DNA from: Eledone cirrhosa
Taxonomy: Eukaryota
Direction of reading: 5' to 3'
NCBI GenBank assembly: GCA_964016885.1
Contig: OZ024740.1
Coordinates: 216,690,001 to 216,754,000 of the forward strand
DNA length: 64,000 nucleotides
Numbering within the stretch: position 1 is the first letter of the stretch; every line of letters begins with the position of its first letter. Under the pieces are notes generated by a model. The model did not search any database. It saw only the letters and a list, made by a program, of their open reading frames with translations, and was not told the DNA's origin. Positions 55,128-64,000 of this stretch are shown here, piece by piece. A program made the translations under genes and the position numbers.

Positions 55128-55770
55128 CTGGGCGCTGAAGGTGGAAGACTTACGTAGATTAGAAAGAAACGAAGCCTGCATGCTCCTATGGATGTGTAAT
55201 AGTAATATACGCGAACGGCAAAGCATAAATGAATTGAGAGAGAGACTGAGCATAAGAGGAATCAAATGCTGTGTGCAGGAGAGGCGGATGCGTTGGTATG
55301 GACATGTGATGTGTATGAAGGATGACAGCTGCATAAAAAGGTGCAGAGCACTAGAAGTCAATGGAAGCCGCAGAGTGGGGAGACCCAAGAAGACCTGGGA
55401 TGAGGTGATAGGGGCCGACCTTACCCAGTTGCACCTCTCAAAGGCGGTGACACACAACCATGACTTTGGCATCACACAGTAATACAGAGTACCCGACCTC
55501 CCATGAGTACAAGTTGAAGCATATAGACAATATGCCCCCACACCCTCCCACTGCAAAGTGGTCGTGGAGGTGCCATGGCAAAAAAGCACCCAGCCCACAC
55601 TGTAAATGAGGTTGGTGTTAGGAAGGACATCCAGCTGTAGAAACCAAGCCAAAATCAGTTCCTGTATGAGCAAGGCATGGTCAGCCAACCAGACACTGCC
55701 CACAACAGGACAAGCCATCTAACCCATGCTAGCATGGAAGAACGGACATAAAACGGTGATGATGATGGTG
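55127..55770 (+). mobile_element. RTE LINE 3' fragment
   Basis: Highly similar to the reverse complement of 15121-15816. Confidence 0.9.
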
Positions 55771-55909
55771 ATATATATATATATATATATACACATATAT
55801 ATGTATACATATATATATATGTTAGGTAATTCCGAAGAATTACCTAACATATATTGTCTGAGATCCAGAAACCTTTGGTAATGGAATAGTTATATTTTGT
55901 GTTGTTCAC

Positions 55910-55963
<54 letters not shown>

Positions 55964-56078
55964 GTATTCCTCTCCTCAGAGGAATAACAACACAACCAGG
56001 AGCTGGACATATTGGAGTATTGACGGTGTAAAACACACTTCAGCAACACGTATACCTGTCTTTCCCACACCAATTCGG

Positions 56079-56133
56079 ACTGCCTGAAGAGGTCACAGCC
56101 AATGATGGCTGTCACCAAAATATATATAGCAGT
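56079..56133 (+). ncRNA. Minimal hammerhead motif with a G12->A mutation
   Basis: ACUGC-CUGAAGA-GGUCACAGCCA(AUGA)UGGCUGUCACC-AAAA-U(AUAU)A-UA-GCAGU. Confidence 0.75.
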
Positions 56134-56328
56134 ATATCTGTAATTTATAATAAACGAAGCCAAATTTTACATATTTGACTTAATTACTTTACATTACTCC
56201 GGAGTAAACAAACCAACCTGCGTACTTCGTCGAGTGCTCCAATCTGCATGCATACTGAGGTGTCGGTAAACAACCAATGTATACTCAAAATATATATATA
56301 CATATATGATCTTACGTTCATATTAAAT

Positions 56329-56401
56329 TTTCATTCTGATGAGCGATTTCAGGCATCTCTGTTGAGCTCATCTGTCTTCGTGAAACCTTTGGTAAATGGA
56401 A
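56329..56401 (+). ncRNA. Type I hammerhead ribozyme motif
   Basis: UUUCAUU-CUGAUGA-GCGA...UCGU-GAAA-CC(UUU)GG-UA-AAUGGAA. The downstream flank is homologous to 5251-5290. Confidence 0.82.
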
Positions 56402-59400
56402 TAATTGTCTTATGTTGTTTATTACATAATTAAATAGCACTGTTGCATACATAGAGCACTCTCCTTTACCCTTCCTACAGAAGTACTTCATATATACATA
56501 TATAACACACACACATATATGCAAACAGTCACCACTTACGATCAAGTATGACTTGGTGGTATAAACCATGCTTTTGCTAAGGGTTTCTAAGTTGCCCACA
56601 CAGTAGCAAGCAGAAACAAATGCCCTCTTGACCTTCCCTCCTTTGATCTAGCAGAAGATGTGGGATGTAATAGCTGAAAGGAAAAAGAACAGCACCAACT
56701 CTGGACTGGAACTTTGTTTATCATGATAAAAATAGCTTAGAGAACTCTCCAGATGTGTTAACAGCACTAAAACCTGTCTAGTGCTGATGATCTACATGAT
56801 AAAGCTATTCAGTACACACTGTAAAGTGGTTAGTGATAGGACAGGCACCCAGCTGTAGAAATCTTACCAAAGGGTTGGAAGGACTCCTCAGCTGTGTTAC
56901 AGACATTACAACCTGCCTAGTCCTGCTGCCACTTAAAATACACTTGGTACAGTGGAGGAACATATGTAAGGGATATGTAGACACTGGCCCACGTATGAGG
57001 TCAGTAGTTCCACTGGAGTACCGACTGAGTTTGTGAAAACCCATTTAACTGTTGCTAGCAAAGTAGATGGATGTTAAATGATAATGATGATGAACCATCA
57101 ATATCTTAATAATGAAGAGCTGATTGTCAGATCAAACCAAGGAAACTATGTTTCCATTGGTCTTTCCATTGCTGATACTATTTGCCTGTAAATCCTATAA
57201 AATTTGTCTTTAATTAATAGAGTGTAATAATAGTCTATATGATTCTCAATATTACTCTTTGTTTCAAAATATTTTATTAGAATTATTCCACCTTGGTTAA
57301 GTATTTTCATAGATGTTTCAATGTAATAAGTTGTGTTTCTTGCTTTTTTTTTTCTTTTGCATGTTTTACCTGTAAGAGGAAGGCCAGTGCCAATAAGGGG
57401 ATTTATTTTTGAAAAGTTTTGAAATGATTACAAAGCTGTGTTTCCTCAGATAAAACAATTTCTAAATCAACACTTAAAATAAAATATGATGGTCATTAAA
57501 AAATAAATTCTTCAAGAAAATATGAAAAAAGAAATTATTTCAATTTCTTTTTTTTTTTTCTTTTTTTTTTTCAAATTCTAATTTCCCTTTTTTCAGCCTG
57601 GCTTTGTTCTTCTCCATTGCAGGTAAACATGCATGGTCAGTTCACATTTCATTTAAATGTTGGTTCTTTGTTAGCGCTTCGCTATGTTGCATGTTATGCT
57701 GGTGTCTGTCCACATCTGGACATTTTTCTCTTCTCTCTTTCATATTGGCTGTTGATTCTAACAAAACTTTGTCTCATCATTATTATTTTTGTTGTTGTTA
57801 TTGTTCTTCATGGCTTTGTTGTTGTTTACTTGCAAAATAACAATTTCAATATTACAATTTTTCAAATGTTGTTTACATTTCTCAATTCTTAATTGGGTTT
57901 CCTATCTTATGTCAGATATTCCAGATAAAAAAACAATGATGGATATTCAGTCTCTTCCCCACCCCACCACCATATTTTCTAATAACCCTTTTACTTCTCA
58001 CTCTTTCCTTTTCTTTCCCTATGATGGCATGTTCATATCACTGGTTCCTAATCTTTCACCACCCAGTATCCCTTTTATTTGAAAGAATTTTTCCATGCAC
58101 CTCAGGCTTTTGAAAGGTCTATCTACTTAATGAGCTGATTTTATTTACTAACCAGAAACCTGTGTTCTCAATGAAACATGTAACTAGTTTAATGAGATAG
58201 TGCTGTTTTGTTGATACTATGTTAAGTGAGACTTAGTTTTAACTTTGGACAAGATTCTAAAAAACATCTTTAAAAAATAATACATTATTCCCATAGATTC
58301 GAAAAAATTTGAATGTTTAATTTTATCAGCCTTATTGTGAATACATTGAACCCTCTTGAAATTTTGAACTTTGTTTCCATACTTTGGTGGACCTCTAGGC
58401 ATCCATGGACCCCAGGAGGGAACAACTGGTTTACACTATGGACTTCACAAAATATTGAGATGTATAGATGAGGCTGATATTTTATAACTTAGCAATCATA
58501 CTGATACACAACCCGGGAAGTGTAAATGATGTTTAGGTAGTCTGGAATGAGCAAGATAAATTGACTCTAGTGTCACATATCACTGTTGCAAGATATTCAA
58601 AGTTGTTATTTATTATTTGTAAGATAGTGTCTAAAGCTCACAGGAACTGTGCTTTCTGTCATTTATAAGATAGATATATTTTGAAACATGGACTGCATTC
58701 ATGTACACATTAAAAAACCCACAATGTCAAGAAACATTCATACGTAGACAACATCGCATTTATTGACATTAACAATTTAAATATATATCTGCTTAATCTT
58801 TGAATAATTTTCCTTCTACATTTCTATTTATCAACTTTACAATTGTTGAGACAAATATCTTACTCTTGAGTACATTTATATTAATTCATATCTGTCAAAA
58901 GGTTACTTGATATATTACATTATTCATTGAAAATTATTTGTATTTTTACAGCTTTTACAAAAAAAAACAAATAAAAATCAGATAAAAGTAAGCAATAGTT
59001 GTGTGTTGTGGTTTAACCAGTGAGTATTAACTTGTACATTATAGAAAACAAAGTATATTATATATAAATGAGTGCTATTACCTTAAGTGACCATATTAAG
59101 AAGGATTTGTCTTCCAATATATTTGTTAGGTATATGGAAATTAAATATATACAATGATATATATCTACACACACACACATATATATATATATATAAGCAC
59201 ATGCATATATGTATATATATGTACACATATGTATGTATATGTGTGTGTGTGTGTGTGTGTGTATATATACATATACACATACATATGTGTATGTATATAT
59301 ATGTAAGTCTATGGAGATTACATAATACTTCTTTGTAAGGTTTAAATATTGAAATACTAACAAGCTTTTGTTCTCAATCTGAAAACAAATGTATTATTTT

Positions 59401-59566
59401 ATGTAACATATCCATCTTTAAGCAGCTTTACTAATAGCAAATTCTTTATCAAAACAACATTTGGAACAATTCTTTGCTAAATAACATTAATATCTCTTTC
59501 TTAATAGCTTTAATATTGTAAAATAGTAAAAGATGAGATAGAATATATATATATATAAATATATAC

Positions 59567-59647
<81 letters not shown>

Positions 59648-59652
59648 CACAT

Positions 59653-59755
<103 letters not shown>

Positions 59756-60164
59756 CACATACATATATATATATATGTACGCACACATATGTACATATAT
59801 ACATATACATACATATGTACATATGCAAACCAAACAGTTGGACTTTGTGTCTGTAAACTTCAAATTTCCTCTATAATCTTTGTTTTGGGTGAAGAACTTA
59901 TCACATTCTACATTATCTAATTTGTTCTTGTGTGATTTATTAAATTTAAGAGTTTGAAATTGCCATATGAACTAAGGTATGTTTTTCAACACTTAGTAAT
60001 AGTGTTAATGATAAAATAATGTGTCTTCTTGGAGAATATATATATTAAATTGGTCTTTTGGCATATTTTATGTTTTTAAATGATGTTTCAGCATACCCAC
60101 TGATTCTATTGCCAGTTGCCATGTCAAAAGTATACCTCACTAGGTCTTTTATTGTTACTCATAC

Positions 60165-60560
60165 ACTTTTAGTGGAAGATTGTTGGACTTACAGTCATTG
60201 TATCATGAGTTTGATTCTTGGACTGGATTGTATGTTGAGTTCTTGAGTAAAACACTTCATTTTATGTTGCTCCAGTGTACTCAGCTGAGAATGAGTACCA
60301 GCAGCAATAGCTGGGGGTTTAACACTGCAATGGACTGGTGTCCTGTCCAATTGGGAGTCTTGTACTTTCAGTCACTTCACACCACAAAACCGGGAAAAGC
60401 ACTGTCCTGAGGAGACTCCTGGCTTGAGACAGACTGTAACACTATGGTGGACTGGTGTCCTATCCAGGGTGGAGTCTTGTACTTTCAGTCACTTTACACC
60501 ACGAAACCGGGAAAAGCAATGTCCTGAGGAGTCTCCTGGCTTGAGACAGACTTTAACTTT
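60165..60560 (+). mobile_element. Diverged tRNA-head SINE with a duplicated 3' module (about 117 bp)
   Basis: A/B-box-like head; ggactggtgtcct...ggagtcttgtactttcagtcac...ccgggaaaagca...ggcttgagacagac occurs twice. Confidence 0.6.
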
Positions 60561-60717
60561 ATCATATGGTGCAATAAACAAAGTAACTTTGCATTTAATT
60601 TTAAACTGTGGACATCAGATGTCACTCACTTTGTACCACATGTATTGTTCCTTTTGATATAATTTAGCTGGTTTAATTTACAGAGGAGGTCATGTCTTGT
60701 TTATTGTTTTTTTAAAT

Positions 60718-61310
60718 TTAACCCTTTAATGACCATATATTATGGAGGCACATGGCTTAGTGGTTAGAGCATTGGGCTTGCAATCGAAAGGTTGTGAGTT
60801 CAATTCTCAGACCGGGTGATGTGTTGTTTCCTTGAGCAAGACACTTTATTTCACATTGCTCCAGTTTACTCAGCTGTAGAAATGAGATGATAGGGCCTGG
60901 GGTCCCTATCATTCCACTGCAAAGTGGTCATGGAGGTGCCACGGAAAAAAAGCACCCAGCACTCACTGTAAATGAGGTTGGTGTTAGGAAGGGCATCCAG
61001 CTGTAGAAATCAAGCCAGAAACAGTTCCCGTCCCACTCTTGCAAGCAGGGAAAAGTGGACGTAAAATGATGATGATGATGATGATGATGATTTCTAATAT
61101 AGTACACTCTATTTCAATTAATTAATGAAGAATTTTCAGGGATTTACTAAAATTATTAGATATTTCATTACTAAGATAGTAACTGAATATAAGGTTCTTA
61201 TATAAAATTATGTTGGAAGATTGTAATATAAATTGGAAACCTTTAAAAAGGGTGATTTTATTTGCTAGAACCAGAGCTGGTTATAGCTGGGTTGGTAACT
61301 AATGGGTTAA
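60718..61310. mobile_element. piggyBac-like MITE containing a nested SINE
   Basis: TTAA-ccctttaatgacc ... ggtaactaatggg-TTAA. Confidence 0.55.
60743..61090 (+). mobile_element. Full-length tRNA-head SINE with RTE tail
   Basis: ggaggcacatggcttagtggttagagc...gagttcaattctcag...ggacgtaaaat(gat)n. Confidence 0.88.
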
Positions 61311-62929
61311 ATAAATCAAATAACAATAATTTTAAAAAGTTCTTCAATTGTAGCACATTGTTCTATATCCTTGCTTCACTATTTAACTTCTATTTTATTC
61401 ATTCTGTAATTTTGTTTTGGTAAAAATCCAAATATCATTAATGTAAAACTCTGTATCAGTTCACAGCATATTTCCCAATATTTATTGGTAAATATGCTGT
61501 GAACTTCTTATTATGTATAATGCTGTCTAAGGGATATCATTTCTGATTTCTGCATTCATATCACCCATGGGGAAGTGAATTTTCTATTACATTTGTAGTT
61601 TCAGGGAAACTTGGCTGCTACTTTTAGCAGGTCAAGAAATCACTTAGAGCCTCACTCATTAAGATCTCTACAATAAACTACAAAAGACATGAAATAGTAT
61701 ACATAAACTGTATCCTCCATAAACCCAAAAGTCTATTGTTTACAACAAGCTTTAACTCATATGATCCTTGCTAACATACTGAATCACCATCAAACACCCA
61801 GATGATATCCCAGAACACTACTATAACACCACCATCCTTAGTATACTATCTTCTTCACATAGTCCCAGCAAATATAGAAAGTACACCTACACACATTAAC
61901 ACCATATAACATTGCTGTGCTGGAATGTACACCTTCATGTGTATGTGCAGAGAAGCAATTTTTGAACTGTAACTCAGTCCAGTCTAGTACTGGGGTTGAT
62001 TCTTCCTCTATATCTCTTTTTTACTTCCATTCTCTCACTTTCTCTTTCCTTCTCTGGAAGAAATCTGCTGTATTTAGACCTATAGAGGATTGGGCTCTGC
62101 CAAGTTTTAAAATGCCCCAGAAACACTGTATATGAATACAGCGCCTCTACAACTCCTTCGGGAGTTATGGGACCATGCAATCCATGCATGTCAACCACCT
62201 CCATGACCTACAAACAAATGTTAGATAGAGAAGGATGCTAGAAATAATGACCAAATCTGCCTTAAGCTATATTCTATTAAAAAAAACACCTTGGCTAGTG
62301 TCATTTGGATATATAAAATGATTGGATTTACACAGCTGGAACACCTTTCAACATAGGACTATTGAATTAGGGCTGACCTAGGCAAAGCAACTACAAGAAC
62401 AGGCCTACTGGATCAGAATGGATTGTAGAGGAAATACAACTGACCCAAACTGTTACACTACATATTGGAGTGTGTACAGTGTGGACAGGAAATCCCACTG
62501 ACTTTGATAAAATAAAGTGTCAGTTGAGGGCACTGGATGAGATAAAGTGACAGTTGAGGCCATTTAGTTGGTGGGATTGTTTAGGGCACTGGATGAGATG
62601 TCATGTTGTATTTATTCTCACTCTTTGTAGTCTGACTTAAATATTTGTCATAAACTCTTTGGCTCATTGACAATTTCTCATCTAACAGAACCCCCATGAC
62701 TTCCCCTTGTGTGCCTCTAACAGAGTCCATTCTATTGAGAACATCTGGGATTAGGTCTCTAGTTTAAGGTTAACTTCTTTTATTGCTATCATGCCCTGAA
62801 AAGGGTTGTGGGCACTGCACTTCTCCCCTTTAGTAGACAGAAAAAATTCCCCAAATAACAGAAAAAAACCTCATTAATAATTAATTATTGCAGGTATATA
62901 AAATAAGGATTATATCTGTCTTCACTATA

Positions 62930-63131
62930 TACAAAGGTCAGCTGAAAAGTTCATAGGCTGACCAAGATACTCTCATGGAATAACCAAATGAGGTTTATTT
63001 TTCAAAATAATCCCTGAAAAGAAACAATGCAGTTATTAATAAGAATAGTTGAAATTAATGCATGCAATATTTCACAGCTCTAGCATCACTCCTTCATAGT
63101 CAGCCTATGACCTTCTCAGGTCACCGCCATA
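62930..63131. mobile_element. Tc1/mariner-like MITE
   Basis: Inverted homolog of 7445-7628 with about 27-bp TIRs. Confidence 0.7.
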
Positions 63132-63374
63132 CATACCATAGATCCAATGGATGAGACTTCATAATAACAGCCATATATAATTCCAATAATTTTTTTACTG
63201 CTATTTTAGATTCCAATTAAATATTTCCTCTTCTTTAATTGATCTTTTATAAACTGTCATTGTATTGATTTACAAATTGTCATAGTATTGATTTACATAG
63301 ATGTATTGATTTACATAGATGAATTTTAAATGAGGAGGATTTTATATTGGTTAATCTCTTGTTTTGTTTACTAT

Positions 63375-63845
63375 CATAGTCCTGTTAGTCTACCATATTT
63401 CTATTAGTCTACCATATTTCTATTAGTTTACCATATTTCTATTAGTCTACCATATTTCTATTAGCCTACCATATTTCTATTAGTCTACCATAGTTCTGTT
63501 AGTTTACCATATTTCTATTAGTCTATCATATTTCTATTAGTCTACCATAGTCCTGTTAGACTACCATATTTCTATTAGTCTACCATAGTTCTATTAGCCT
63601 ACCATATTTCTATTAGTCTACCATAGTCCTGTTAGACTACCATAGTTCTATTAGTCTACCATAGTTCTATTAGTCTACCATTGTTCTATTAGTCTACCAT
63701 AGTTCTATTAGTTTACCATATTTCTATTAGTCTACCATATTTCTATTAGTCTACCATAGTCCTGTTAGTCTACCATAGTTCTATTAGTCTATCATCTTTC
63801 TGTTAGTCTACCATATTGCTATTAGTCTACCATATTGCTGTTAGT
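63375..63845. repeat. 19-bp minisatellite
   Basis: Unit ttagtctaccatatttcta. Confidence 0.93.
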
Positions 63846-64000
63846 ATTCACCATCTACACTTATATGAATCTATATATATATAGAGAATACCAAAACAAA
63901 CAAAATACTTGTCTTGTAGACTCTTAGAGAATATTTTGTGTTTCTTGTTTCACTTTTTAGCTTTTACCTACCCTAAATATTTTCTACTTTTTTATTATTT

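Noticed and set aside
57540-57630. Strong polypyrimidine tract with a possible micro-exon
   Set aside because: Splice-like signals are common in T-rich DNA and there is no supporting coding signal.
60743-60815. tRNA-like sequence
   Set aside because: It is a SINE head fused to a body and LINE tail, without a proper acceptor stem.

Overview
AT-rich eukaryotic intergenic or intronic DNA. It is most likely a coleoid cephalopod (Octopus-like), inferred from the SINE/LINE repertoire and the extreme (TA)n/(CA)n/(TATG)n load. No intact host gene is evident; most listed ORFs are microsatellite artefacts, and there is one weak candidate exon at 35898-35966. The ordinary content is several RTE-clade LINE fragments (one 2.8-kb copy has a single nonsense codon), a CR1-like 3' fragment, a pogo-type DDE remnant, mariner- and piggyBac-like MITEs, two SINE families and many minisatellites. 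The main finding is a dense set of type I hammerhead ribozyme (HHR) motifs: about 12 full-core motifs, some mutated, plus several half-motifs, at about 9 loci. They sit in short non-coding elements, mostly embedded in TA microsatellites and mostly arranged as outward-facing fold-back palindromes. This architecture resembles Penelope-like pLTRs or non-LTR retrozymes, with unusually variable and long stem II and with inversion breakpoints that coincide with ribozyme structure. All motifs and alignments were read by eye and no search was run.
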